From assembly GCA_035627135.1 (NCBI GenBank), contig DASPMI010000193.1:1708-65707 (forward strand): a stretch of DNA of 64,000 nt, in the 5' to 3' direction. Below the pieces are notes generated by a model. The model ran no database searches. It saw nothing but the letters and a program-made list of their open reading frames with translations, and was not told the DNA's origin. This DNA comes from Anaeromyxobacter sp. Its GTDB lineage: Bacteria > Myxococcota > Myxococcia > Myxococcales > Anaeromyxobacteraceae. The translations under genes and the position numbers were made by a program. This document shows positions 28,291-38,140 of this stretch, piece by piece; positions within the stretch are counted from its first letter, which is position 1; each line of letters opens with the position of its first letter.

Positions 28291-31137
28291 ATGTCATCCC
28301 GGACGGATCTCCCCGCGATTCCCAGCGTCGGCAACCTCGCGTTCGTCGAGAATCTCTACTACGCCTGGCTGGAGGATCCCTCCTCGGTCGACGAGGCGTG
28401 GGCGCGGTACTTCCAGGGGTTGCCAGGGACCCCGGGCGCGTCGCCTCCCCCGGCCGGCTTCGCCCCCCGCCGGCCGAACGGCGCCGCCGTGCACGCCGCC
28501 CCGGCGCGGCCCACGGCGGACGCCGCGTTCCAGTCCAAGGTGGACGCGATGGTGCAGGCGTACCGCGAGTTCGGCCACCTGCGCGCGCGCCTCGATCCGC
28601 TGGAGCTCATCCGGCCGTCCGAGCCGTTCTCGCTCGCGGCCTTCGGCCTCTCCGAGGCGGACCTTGAGCGGCCCACCGCCGACCCCGACGGTCGCGGCGA
28701 CCGGACGCTCCGCGAGCTCGTCGCGCGCCTGGAGGAGACCTACTGCCGGACGCTCGGCGTCGAGCTCCAGCACATCAACGACCGCGACCTCCGGACGTGG
28801 CTGCAGCAGCGGATGGAGCGCACGCGCAACCGCCTGACGCTCGCGCCCGAGGTGAAGAAGAAGCTCCTCGGCAAGATCGTCGAGGCGGAGCTCCTCGAGC
28901 AGTTCCTCGGCACGCGGTTCCTCGGCGCGAAGCGGTTCAGCGCCGAGGGCGGCGAGGGGTTCATCGCGCTGCTCGAGTTCCTGCTCGACCTGGCGATGGG
29001 GTACGGGGTGCGGAACGTCGTCATCGGCATGGCGCACCGCGGGCGGCTCAACGTGCTCGCGAACATCGTGGGGAAGCCGCTCCAGGACATCTTCGCCGAG
29101 TTCCGCGACACCGGGATCGCCGGCGCGGGCGGCGGCGACGTGAAGTACCACCTCGGCCACTCGACCGACCGGATCACGCCGGACGGCATCAAGTTCCACG
29201 TCTCGCTCTCGTTCAACCCGAGCCACCTCGAGTGGATCAACACCGTCGTCCAGGGGCGCATCCGCGCGACGCAGGACCGCTACCGTGACTACGACCGGCT
29301 GCGCTCGATGCCCGTGCTCGTCCACGGCGACGCGGCGTTCGCCGGCCAGGGGATCGTGGCCGAGGCCCTCAACATGTCGCAGCTCGAGGCCAACCACGTC
29401 GGGGGCACGATCCACGTCATCGTCAACAACCAGGTCGGCTTCACCACCGCGCCCCGCGACGCCCGCTCGACGACGTACTGCACCGGCCCGGCCCGGATGC
29501 TCCAGGTCCCCATCTTCCACGTGAACGGCGAGGACATGGAGGCGGTGGCCCAGGCGGTGCTGCTCGCCACCGACTTCCGCCAGCGGTTCCACCGGGACGT
29601 CGTCATCGACCTGTGGGTGTACCGCCGGCACGGGCACAACGAGGGCGACGAGCCGTCGTTCACGCAGCCCGTGATGTACCGGGCGATCCAGCGCAAGCCG
29701 ACGCTCCGGCAGACCTACGCGGAGGCGCTCGTGCGCGAGGGCGTCCTGACGCCGGCCGAGGTCGAGGCGATCGCCGGCGGGTACCGCGCCAAGCTCGAGG
29801 AGGCGTTCCAGGCCTCGGCCCGGATCGCCGCCCGCCCGCTGCCCTCGAGCCTGGACGGCGTGTGGAAGGGCTACCTCGGCGGCCCGATCACCGATGGTGA
29901 ACCCGTCACGGCCGTCCCCGAGGACCGGCTGAAGAGCGCGGCCCTCGCGCTCTCGCAGGTGCCCCAGGGCTTCCACGTCCACCCGAAGCTGGTCAAGGTG
30001 CTCGAGGCGCGCGCCGAGATGGGCCGCGGAGAGCGCCCGCTCGACTGGGGCGCCGCCGAGGCGCTCGCCTTCGCGACGCTCGCGCTCGAGGGGACGCGCG
30101 TCCGCCTCGTCGGCCAGGACAGCCGCCGCGGCACGTTCAGCCACCGGCACGCGGTGCTCTACGATCACGAGACCGGCGTCCCGTACACGCCGCTCGCGCA
30201 CCTGCGCGAGGGGCAGGGCCCGGTCGAGATCCGCGACAGCCTGCTCTCGGAGGCGGCCGCGCTGGGGTTCGAGTACGGCTACAGCCTCGACATGCCCGAG
30301 GGGCTGACGATCTGGGAGGCGCAGTTCGGGGACTTCGTGAACGGCGCCCAGGTCCTCATCGACCAGTTTCTCTCCTCGGCGGAGGCGAAGTGGCGGCGGC
30401 TCTCGGGGCTGGTGCTGCTCCTGCCGCACGGGATGGAGGGGCAGGGCCCGGAGCACTCCTCGGCGCGCCTCGAGCGGTTCCTCGAGCTCTCGGTCGACGA
30501 CAACTGGCGGGTGGTGAACCTGACGACGCCCGCGCAGTTCTTCCACGCGCTCCGTCGCCAGGTCCTCTCGCGCTACCGGAAGCCGCTGGTCGTGATGGCG
30601 CCGAAGAGCCTCCTCCGCCATCAGGCCGCCGTCTCGCCGCTCCGGGACCTCGCCGAGGGCGCCTTCCGCCCCGTGTTCCCCGACGCGCACGCCGACCCCG
30701 CCAAGGTCACCCGCGCCGTCCTCTGCTCCGGCAAGCTCTACTACGATCTCGTGGCCGCCCGGCAGGCCGCGCGCGCGGACCACGTCGCGATCGTGCGCGT
30801 GGAGGAGCTCTACCCGGTGCACGCCGAGGAGATCCGCGGGGCGCTCGCCCCCTACCGCCCCGGGCTCGAGCTCGTCTGGGCGCAGGAGGAGCCGGCCAAC
30901 ATGGGCGCGTGGGACTACGTCGCGGGCCACCTCTCGCCGCGCCTGCCGCGGCCGCTCGAGCTCGTCGCGCGCCCCGCCTCCGCCAGCCCCGCCGTCGGCT
31001 CCGCGAGCCGCCACAAGCTCGAGCAGGAGCAGCTCGTGCGGGAAGCCCTGGGAGAGCCCGTCCCGCGCCTCGAGCGCGCCGAGCCGCGCGCAGCCGCTCC
31101 GGCGGGGGCGCAGCCCTCGCCCAACGCCGCCCACTGA
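28291..31137 (+). CDS. sucA: 2-oxoglutarate dehydrogenase E1
   Basis: GMAHRGRLN, DVKYHLG, HGDAAF, WEAQFGDF, GPEHSSAR. Confidence 0.98.
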   Translation: MSSRTDLPAIPSVGNLAFVENLYYAWLEDPSSVDEAWARYFQGLPGTPGASPPPAGFAPRRPNGAAVHAAPARPTADAAFQSKVDAMVQAYREFGHLRARLDPLELIRPSEPFSLAAFGLSEADLERPTADPDGRGDRTLRELVARLEETYCRTLGVELQHINDRDLRTWLQQRMERTRNRLTLAPEVKKKLLGKIVEAELLEQFLGTRFLGAKRFSAEGGEGFIALLEFLLDLAMGYGVRNVVIGMAHRGRLNVLANIVGKPLQDIFAEFRDTGIAGAGGGDVKYHLGHSTDRITPDGIKFHVSLSFNPSHLEWINTVVQGRIRATQDRYRDYDRLRSMPVLVHGDAAFAGQGIVAEALNMSQLEANHVGGTIHVIVNNQVGFTTAPRDARSTTYCTGPARMLQVPIFHVNGEDMEAVAQAVLLATDFRQRFHRDVVIDLWVYRRHGHNEGDEPSFTQPVMYRAIQRKPTLRQTYAEALVREGVLTPAEVEAIAGGYRAKLEEAFQASARIAARPLPSSLDGVWKGYLGGPITDGEPVTAVPEDRLKSAALALSQVPQGFHVHPKLVKVLEARAEMGRGERPLDWGAAEALAFATLALEGTRVRLVGQDSRRGTFSHRHAVLYDHETGVPYTPLAHLREGQGPVEIRDSLLSEAAALGFEYGYSLDMPEGLTIWEAQFGDFVNGAQVLIDQFLSSAEAKWRRLSGLVLLLPHGMEGQGPEHSSARLERFLELSVDDNWRVVNLTTPAQFFHALRRQVLSRYRKPLVVMAPKSLLRHQAAVSPLRDLAEGAFRPVFPDAHADPAKVTRAVLCSGKLYYDLVAARQAARADHVAIVRVEELYPVHAEEIRGALAPYRPGLELVWAQEEPANMGAWDYVAGHLSPRLPRPLELVARPASASPAVGSASRHKLEQEQLVREALGEPVPRLERAEPRAAAPAGAQPSPNAAH

Positions 31138-31155
31138 CCCCAGGAGCCGTCCTCC

Positions 31156-32493
31156 ATGCCCGTCCAGCTCAAGGTCCCGTCCCTCGGAGAGTCCGTCACG
31201 CAGGCCACCGTCGGCGCCTGGCTCAAGAAGGAGGGCGAACCCGTCCAGGTGGACGAGCCGCTCGTCGAGGTCGAGAGCGAGAAGGCGACCGTCGCGGTCC
31301 CCGCGCCCGCCGCGGGGATCCTCCGCAAGGTGCTCCGGGCGACCGGCGACACGGTCAACGTGGGCGACGTCATCGCCGAGGTGGAGGAGGGCGCCGCCGC
31401 CCAGTCCACCGCGACGTCGCCGTTCGGCTCCGGCCCGATGCCCGGCGGCGTGGTGCCGGTCGCACGCAGCGTGAACGGTTCGGCGGCGCAGGCCGCCGGT
31501 GCGTCTGCGCCCGCGGCCGCGCCCGCGCCCACGCCCACGCCGCGGGCGGAGCCGCGCCCCTCCCCCGGCCTCGTCGCCGCTCCGGAGCCAGCGCCCGTCC
31601 CTGCGGTCCGGGCGTCCCCGAGCGCCCGCCGGCTGATGGCGGAGCAGGGCGTACGCGCCGAGGAGGTGGCGCGCGTCGCGGCGGCCGGGCAAGTGCGGAA
31701 GGAGGACGTGGAGCGGGTCCTCGGCGCGCGGGACGGCGGAGCGCAACCGCTCGCGGCCGTGCCGGCGGCGCAGCCGGCGCCCGAGGCCGGCCCGCGCGAG
31801 CGCGTCGTCCCGATGACCACCCTCCGGCGCACGGTCGCCCGGCGCCTCGTCGAGGCGCAGCACACCGCCGCGATCCTCACGACCTTCAACGAGGTGGACA
31901 TGTCGCGCGTGCTCGCCCTGCGCGAGAAGCACGGCGAGGTGTTCCTGGCGCGCCATGGCGTGAAGCTCGGCTTCATGTCGTTCTTCGTGAAGGCGGCCGT
32001 GGACGCGCTGCGGGCCTTCCCCGCCGTGAACGCCGAGATCCGGGGCGAGAGCATCGTCTACAAGGACCACTACGACGTCGGCGTCGCCGTCGGCGGCGGC
32101 AAGGGCCTCGTCGTGCCCGTGGTCCGCGACGCGGACGCGCTGTCGTTCGCGGAGATCGAGAAGACGGTCGGCGAGCTCGCGAAGAAGGCGCGCGACAACA
32201 AGCTCGGCCCCGCAGACCTCGCCGGCGGAACCTTCACGATCTCGAACGGCGGCGTCTACGGCTCGCTCCTGTCGACGCCGATCCTGAACCCGCCGCAGTC
32301 CGGCATCCTCGGCCTGCACAAGATCGAGAAGCGGCCGGTCGTGGGCGAGGGCGACGCCGTCGTCGTCCGGCCCATGATGTACGTCGCGCTCTCGTACGAC
32401 CACCGGATCATCGACGGCCGCGAGGCGGTCTCGTTCCTCGTGAAGGTGAAGGAGGGGATCGAGGATCCGGAGCGGCTACTGCTCGAGGTGTGA
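31156..32493 (+). CDS. sucB: Dihydrolipoamide succinyltransferase E2
   Basis: Lipoyl [22 protein letters not shown]. Confidence 0.97.
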   Translation: MPVQLKVPSLGESVTQATVGAWLKKEGEPVQVDEPLVEVESEKATVAVPAPAAGILRKVLRATGDTVNVGDVIAEVEEGAAAQSTATSPFGSGPMPGGVVPVARSVNGSAAQAAGASAPAAAPAPTPTPRAEPRPSPGLVAAPEPAPVPAVRASPSARRLMAEQGVRAEEVARVAAAGQVRKEDVERVLGARDGGAQPLAAVPAAQPAPEAGPRERVVPMTTLRRTVARRLVEAQHTAAILTTFNEVDMSRVLALREKHGEVFLARHGVKLGFMSFFVKAAVDALRAFPAVNAEIRGESIVYKDHYDVGVAVGGGKGLVVPVVRDADALSFAEIEKTVGELAKKARDNKLGPADLAGGTFTISNGGVYGSLLSTPILNPPQSGILGLHKIEKRPVVGEGDAVVVRPMMYVALSYDHRIIDGREAVSFLVKVKEGIEDPERLLLEV

Positions 32494-32737
32494 CGCAGCG
32501 TGAGCGGGCCCCCGGGCCCATCGTCAGGGATCTGGCGTCGCGGCTCCGCCGCGCCGCATGGCGCCGGTCGCGCGCTGTGGGTGGATCGCGCAGGCGGTCC
32601 GTCGCCGCGCGACGCCTTTGACGTTCGGTCGGGGCGCTGCTCCGCTACCATCCTCCAAGCGACGACCTCGGCGCGCGGCCCACTCCCGGCCGCCGCGGGA
32701 GGCGCAGCCGTGCCGCGTCGTCGCCCCGGAGGTCTCC

Positions 32738-33475
32738 ATGGGCAAGAGGCTCGTGTCGTTCTTCGACGAGGCGTATCGGATCGGCGGCCTCCCGGCGCGC
32801 GTGGCGCTGGCGAAGCACACCGCCACCACTCCCGCGACGGCCGAGGCGGCGGAGGACGCGCCGGCCCTGATCGCGCGGTTCGAGAAGGCCGTTGCCACGC
32901 TCCGCGTCGAGTTCCGTGACGCCGCCCACGCCCCGGCGGCGCGCGCGCCGCTGGCCGACGACCCGCGCCGCGCGCAGCAGCTCGCCGGCCTCCTCTCGGC
33001 GCTCAGCGCCCGACAGGCGACTTTCCTCGACGACCCGTCGCGGACCGCGCGCGAGATCGTCGAGACCGCCGCCCAGGGGCTCCAGGTCGCTCGCGCCAGC
33101 GTCTGGCTCTACGACTCCACGCGCACAGCGATCGAGTGCCTCGATCTCTTCGAGCGGCCGGCGAACAAGCACAGCAGCGGCCTGCGCCTCACGTCGAAGG
33201 ACTTCCCGGTCTACTTCCGCGTGCTCGAGGTGGCGCGCGCCATCGACGCCGACGACGCCCACACCGACGTGCGCACCTCGTGCTTCTCGGAGCCGTACCT
33301 GAAGCCGCTCGGCATCAACTCGATGCTCGACATCCCGATCTGGGCCCACGACCGGATGATGGGTGTGCTCTGCCACGAGCACATCGGGCCCAAGCGCCGC
33401 TGGCTGGCGGCCGAGGCCGACTTCGGCGTCGCGCTCGCGAAGCTGCTCTCCGAGGCGCTCGAGCGGAACGGGTAG
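32738..33475 (+). CDS. GAF domain protein with short N-terminal helical domain
   Basis: RASVW, CLDLF, YLKPLGINSMLDIPI, VLCHEH. Confidence 0.82.
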   Translation: MGKRLVSFFDEAYRIGGLPARVALAKHTATTPATAEAAEDAPALIARFEKAVATLRVEFRDAAHAPAARAPLADDPRRAQQLAGLLSALSARQATFLDDPSRTAREIVETAAQGLQVARASVWLYDSTRTAIECLDLFERPANKHSSGLRLTSKDFPVYFRVLEVARAIDADDAHTDVRTSCFSEPYLKPLGINSMLDIPIWAHDRMMGVLCHEHIGPKRRWLAAEADFGVALAKLLSEALERNG

Positions 33476-33530
33476 CGCCGGGCGGCGCATGCGCTGCCGG
33501 CGCGCCGGCAACGCTCGCGCCCGCCCCGCG

Positions 33531-34961
33531 TCAGTCCCGCAGCGTCGTCCGGACGTGGATGGTGTTGGTCGTCACCCCGTGCGTCATCGAGATGCCGGCC
33601 GTGTACACCACCACGTCGCCCGCCTTGACGAGGCCGCGCTCGACGAGCAGCGCCTCCATCATCGGGAAGACGCGGCCGGGCGGCAGGCTCTCCTCGAGCA
33701 GGATCGCGTAGGCCCCCCGGACGAGGCTCATCCGGCGGACGCTGTCGAGCCGGGTCGAGAACATGTGGACCGGGATCTGCGGCCGCTGCGCGGTGAGCCG
33801 GATGGCGGCGTTGCCCGTGTCGGAGAGGCAGGCGAGGGCCTTCGCGCCCATCTGCTCGGCGAAGTCGCGGGCCGCCTTGCCGAGGGCCATGCCGAGCTTC
33901 CCCGACGAGCTGTCGAGGATCTGCCAGTCGTCGAAGTTGGAGAAGACGGGGAGCTGCTCCGCCTGCTCGACGATCTCGGCCATGGTCCGCACCGCCTCGA
34001 CCGGGAACTTCCCGGTCGAGGTCTCGCCGGAGAGCATGACCGCGTCGGTGCCGTCGAAGACCGCGTTGGCGACGTCGGAGGCCTCGGCGCGCGTCGGGCG
34101 GGGGCTCACGATCATCGACTCGAGCATCTGGGTGGCGGTGACCACCGGGATCCCGTGGCGGAGCGCCTCGCGGATGATCCGCTTCTGCACCCCGGGGACC
34201 TGCTCGATGCCCATCTCCACGCCGAGGTCGCCGCGGGCCACCATCACCGCGTCGGCGGCGCGGAGGATCGCCTCGAGATCCTCGACGGCCTCCGGCTTCT
34301 CGATCTTCGCGATGACCTGGACCGGCCGGGTCTGCTCGTCGACGAGGTCCTTGAGCTGGAACACGTCGCGCGCCGACCGCACGAACGAGAGCGCCAGGAA
34401 GTCGACGCCCTGCGCGATCGCGAACCGCGCGTCGGCGACGTCCTTCTCCGTCATCGCGCGGACGTCGAGCTTCACGAACGGGAGGTTGATGCCGCGCCGG
34501 TCCTTGAGCTCGCCGCCGTGGACGACCGAGCAGACGAGCTCGGAGGCGTCCTTGCGGACGACCCGGAGCTCGAGGAGCCCGTCGTTCATGAGGATGCGGT
34601 CGCCGACGGCGCTGTCGCGCACGAGCGGCGCGAACTTCGTGGTGATGAGGCCGGGCCCGCCATCGCCCTCGCCGAGGACGATGCGGACCTCGGCGCCGCG
34701 GGTGAGCTGGATGGAGCCGCCGGGGAACCCGTTGGTCCGGATCTTCGGTCCCTGGAGATCCGCGATGACCGCGATCTCGCGGCCGAGCTTCCGCGCCTCG
34801 GCGCGGACCGTCGCGATGCCCCGCGCGTGCTCCTCGTGGGTGCCGTGCGAGAAGTTGAAGCGGGCGACGTCCATGCCCGCGAGGAGGAGCTCGCGCACGG
34901 TCTCGGGTGCGCTCGTCGCGGGGCCGATGGTGCAGATGATCTTCGTCTTGCGCGTGGTCAG
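33531..34961 (-). CDS. pyk: Pyruvate kinase (start CTG 34961 or GTG 34997)
   Basis: KTKIICTIGP, ARFNFSHG, DLQGPKIR, VARGDLG, TQMLESM, VMLSGET. Confidence 0.97.
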   Translation of the reverse strand: MTTRKTKIICTIGPATSAPETVRELLLAGMDVARFNFSHGTHEEHARGIATVRAEARKLGREIAVIADLQGPKIRTNGFPGGSIQLTRGAEVRIVLGEGDGGPGLITTKFAPLVRDSAVGDRILMNDGLLELRVVRKDASELVCSVVHGGELKDRRGINLPFVKLDVRAMTEKDVADARFAIAQGVDFLALSFVRSARDVFQLKDLVDEQTRPVQVIAKIEKPEAVEDLEAILRAADAVMVARGDLGVEMGIEQVPGVQKRIIREALRHGIPVVTATQMLESMIVSPRPTRAEASDVANAVFDGTDAVMLSGETSTGKFPVEAVRTMAEIVEQAEQLPVFSNFDDWQILDSSSGKLGMALGKAARDFAEQMGAKALACLSDTGNAAIRLTAQRPQIPVHMFSTRLDSVRRMSLVRGAYAILLEESLPPGRVFPMMEALLVERGLVKAGDVVVYTAGISMTHGVTTNTIHVRTTLRD

Positions 34962-35066
34962 GGCGTCTCCTCCGGCTGCGTCGGGCGAATCGTACACCAG
35001 GGCGTCGCCCCGAAAGATCCGCCCGGGCGTCGCAGCGACGTGCGAGAACGCGCGGAGGAGGTCTCC

Positions 35067-35480
35067 ATGCGACGCATGACCCACCTGCGGCCGCTCGCCT
35101 CGATCGCGGCCGCCGCGCTGCTCGCCTTCCCGGCGGGCGCCTGCCGGAAGGAGCCGGAGCGCCGCGTCGATCCGTCCGCCCCGCGGTACACCGTCCGCGG
35201 CGAGGTGGTGCAGGTGGACGACACCGCCTCCGGGCGCTCGCTGCTCGTGCGCCACGAGGCCATCCCCGAGTTCGTGGATTCGAGCGGCGCGCGGGTCGGG
35301 ATGCAGGCGATGATCATGCCCTTCCAGGTCGGACGCGGCGTCGAGGGCGCGGAGGTGAAGCCGGGCGACCGGGTCCGCCTGAAGTTCGCGGTCGACTGGA
35401 AGGTGCACACGATGGAGGTCGAGGAGATCGAGCGGCTGCCGGCGGACACCGCCCTCGTGTTCGAGAAGAAGGAGCGGTGA
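35067..35480 (+). CDS. CusF-like copper-binding lipoprotein
   Basis: Lipobox AGAC; HEAIP ... MQAMIMPF metal ligands. Confidence 0.8.
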   Translation: MRRMTHLRPLASIAAAALLAFPAGACRKEPERRVDPSAPRYTVRGEVVQVDDTASGRSLLVRHEAIPEFVDSSGARVGMQAMIMPFQVGRGVEGAEVKPGDRVRLKFAVDWKVHTMEVEEIERLPADTALVFEKKER

Positions 35481-36064
35481 CGCGCGGCCGCGGCAGCCCT
35501 CCCGCGGACGAGCCGGCGCGGAAGCGCCGCGCCGCGCCGGGCTGGGGCGGCGCGCGCGTGCTCGCGATCGGTCACTCGACGCGGCCGATCGAGGAGCTCC
35601 TCGGGCTCCTCCAGGGGGCCGGCGTCCGCACGCTCGCCGACATCCGGACCGTGCCGCGCTCCCGCAAGAACCCGCAGTTCGAGGGTCGCGCGCTCGCGCG
35701 CTCGCTCGCGCGCGCGGGGATCGCCTACGCGTGGCTCCCGCGGCTCGGCGGCCTGCGGCGGCCGCGCAAGGACTCGCCGAACGCCGGGTGGCGCAACACC
35801 AGCTTCCGCGGCTACGCGGATCACATGGCGACGGCGGAGTTCGCCGAGGGCCTGCGCGAGCTGTCCGCGCTCGCGCGCGAAGGGCCGGTCGCGGTGATGT
35901 GCGCCGAGGCCGTGCCGTGGCGGTGCCACCGGTCGCTGCTCGCGGACGCGCTCCTCGCGCGCGGGGTGGGCGTGGAGCACATCACCGGGCCGGGAAAGAC
36001 GCGGCCCCACCGGCTGACGCCGTTCGCGAGGATCGAGGGACGGAGCGTCACCTATCCGGAGTGA
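35477..36064 (+). CDS. DUF488 family protein
   Basis: IGHSTR, DIRTVPRSR, MCAEAVPWRCHR. Confidence 0.92.
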   Translation: MTRGRGSPPADEPARKRRAAPGWGGARVLAIGHSTRPIEELLGLLQGAGVRTLADIRTVPRSRKNPQFEGRALARSLARAGIAYAWLPRLGGLRRPRKDSPNAGWRNTSFRGYADHMATAEFAEGLRELSALAREGPVAVMCAEAVPWRCHRSLLADALLARGVGVEHITGPGKTRPHRLTPFARIEGRSVTYPE

Positions 36065-36067
36065 CGA

Positions 36068-37320
36068 CCGACCCAGAGGTCCGGCGCTGCGGCGCTGGAC
36101 GGTCGTCCGGCGCGGGCTGAAACCGACTAGAGGCTACGTCCAAGTCGCGGTCGAGCGGCGGAATCGGCCCAGGTGGGGCAATCGTAGGCCTGCGTCGCGA
36201 CCATCGAGCCGTCGTGTGCAGGTCACCGCGGGGTGCCTGTGGGATCCGAGACGAGCTTGGGCCTTCGAGGGAGCACTCGCGGACGAGAACGCCGTCTGCG
36301 TCGGCGTGATCATCAGCTGCTCGCGCACGAGACCCCGAACCTCACGCGCATCAGGTAGGTGCCGAGCGGGAAGACGGCCTTCCGTTCGCCGCAGCAATAA
36401 CTCTCGAGGGCGGTTCGGTAGCGCTCGAGGAAACGGGCGAGCCGCTCGAGGGCGTCGATGCGCTTCTGCGGGTCGCGCGCGGCGATCCTCGGATTGAGGC
36501 GGCGTCGGGGTTCACGAGTCGCCGGGCGGTCCGTGTGCTTCTGCTTCATCACGCGGCGCGCGCCCACGACGGCCACGCCGCGCGCCTCACGTCGGGCTGC
36601 AGCCTCCTCCTCGAGCTCGGTGACGCGGGCGACGACCTTCGCCCTGAACGCGTCGACCGACTCGAAGCCGGGCGGAGCCGAGAACACGAGCTCTGCGCCC
36701 TCACGCATCGAGCCGTCCTCCGCGAAGTAGTGGCCCGGGCACTCGATTCGCTCGCCGGGCCCGCCGATCGAACGCGGGTCCGACCAGATCCCGGGCCACT
36801 GACGGCCGTGCTCGACGAGGTCTGCGCTCGCCGGGTTCGCGAGCGTGTAGGCGACCTTCTCCACGACATCGTCGGGCGTGACGAGGACGACGGCGCTGTA
36901 GCTGCCCGGTGCCCAGAAGTTCTCCCAGCGTCCGTGGAGCGCGTTCAGGGCTTTCGCGACCACGCCATCGAGGAGCTGACCGAACGCCGGGAGGTTCGCG
37001 CGGCAATCGGTGACGACCAGGTGGTAGTGGTTGCTCATGACGCAGACGGCGTGAACGAGGATGCCGTGGCGAGCCGCCGCGACCGCGAGCACGAACTTGA
37101 ACACGAGGTTCGTGAGCACCGAGGGCTTGAGGAGGAACTCGCGCTGGGAGCATCGGCGTGAGACGAGGTACGTCGTGCCTCTGGCGATCCGTCGAGGTGC
37201 GGTCACGGGAGCTGCCGTCGCAGGACGTGTGCCAACGCAACCGTCCCAAAGCTCAGGAGAGGACCCCCAGTGATCGTCCGCGCCGCGACCCCCAGTCCGC
37301 CCGGCGGACCTCTGGGTCGG
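36068..37320. mobile_element. RAYT-containing element bounded by perfect 16-bp inverted repeats
   Basis: ccgacccagaggtccg (36068-36083) is the exact reverse complement of cggacctctgggtcgg (37305-37320). Confidence 0.75.
36313..37206 (-). CDS. REP-associated tyrosine transposase (HUH/Y1, RAYT-like)
   Basis: TYLVSRRC, MSNHYHLVV (HUH), VAYTLANP (catalytic Tyr); GTG start. Confidence 0.9.
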   Translation of the reverse strand: MTAPRRIARGTTYLVSRRCSQREFLLKPSVLTNLVFKFVLAVAAARHGILVHAVCVMSNHYHLVVTDCRANLPAFGQLLDGVVAKALNALHGRWENFWAPGSYSAVVLVTPDDVVEKVAYTLANPASADLVEHGRQWPGIWSDPRSIGGPGERIECPGHYFAEDGSMREGAELVFSAPPGFESVDAFRAKVVARVTELEEEAAARREARGVAVVGARRVMKQKHTDRPATREPRRRLNPRIAARDPQKRIDALERLARFLERYRTALESYCCGERKAVFPLGTYLMRVRFGVSCASS

Positions 37321-37348
37321 ACGCCGCCTTGAGCGGGGCGCGTCGCTG

Positions 37349-38140
37349 GTGTACGAGAGGCAGGTGAAGAACGCCGACCGCTGGGAGCCGAGCAAGTACC
37401 GCCTGCGGCGCGGAAAGCTGGAGGCCTCCCGGGATCGCGGCGAGGTCTCCGTGGGCTCCCGGCTCATCGCCGACGCCATCGCCGCTCAGTACGGGACCAA
37501 GCTCCCCCGGTACGCGCGGGGCCGCCTCGTCGATCTCGGCTGCGGGAAGGTGCCGCTGTACGAGGCCTACCGGGACCTCGTCACCGAGGTCGTCTGCGTG
37601 GACTGGGCGAACACCCCGCACCAGAGCCCGTTCCTCGACCGGACGGTCGATCTCGACGGACCGCTGCCCTGGGACGCCGAGCGGTTCGACACCGCGATCC
37701 TCTCCGACGTCCTCGAGCACGTGCAGCGCCCCGAGCACCTGCTGCAGGAGGTGGCGCGGATCCTCTCGCCGGGCGGCCGGCTCCTCCTGAACGTCCCGTT
37801 CCTGTACGCCATCCACGAGGCCCCGCACGACTACTACCGGTACACGGAGTTCGCGCTCCGTCGAATGGTCGAGCTCTGCGGTCTCCGCCTCGTGGAGCTG
37901 GAGGCGCTCGGCGGCGGCGCGCAGGTCCTCGCCGATCTCACGGCGAAGCTCCTCCTGCGCTTCGGGCTCCTGGGGCGACCAGTGGCCGCGTTCGTCCAGT
38001 GGTACGCCGGCATGCTCCTGCGGACCCGGCGCGGCCGCCGGCGCGCGGCGCGATCCGCCCGCAGGTTCCCCCTCGGCTACTTCCTGGTCGTCGAGAAGCC
38101 CGGCCCCGGGGCCGCGGAACCGTCCGCCTCGGCCGGCTGA
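37349..38140 (+). CDS. Class I SAM methyltransferase (type 11)
   Basis: VDLGCG, DVLEHV, LSPGGRLLLNVPF, HDYYRYT. Confidence 0.9.
   Translation: MYERQVKNADRWEPSKYRLRRGKLEASRDRGEVSVGSRLIADAIAAQYGTKLPRYARGRLVDLGCGKVPLYEAYRDLVTEVVCVDWANTPHQSPFLDRTVDLDGPLPWDAERFDTAILSDVLEHVQRPEHLLQEVARILSPGGRLLLNVPFLYAIHEAPHDYYRYTEFALRRMVELCGLRLVELEALGGGAQVLADLTAKLLLRFGLLGRPVAAFVQWYAGMLLRTRRGRRRAARSARRFPLGYFLVVEKPGPGAAEPSASAG

Noticed and set aside
28294-32403. 1369-aa minus-strand ORF and similar giant ORFs (e.g. 54622-56919, 60756-63695)
   Set aside because: Antisense shadows of well-supported genes; high GC removes stop codons, and the translations are Arg/Gly/Ala-rich with no motifs
32494-32737. Missing lpdA after sucAB as a defect, and TTGACG...TACCAT as a promoter
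   Set aside because: E3 is commonly encoded elsewhere and shared; the promoter spacer is 22 nt, too long
36060-37325. Target-site duplication around the RAYT unit
   Set aside because: Flanks (acga versus acgc) give no clean duplication, and none is expected for HUH enzymes
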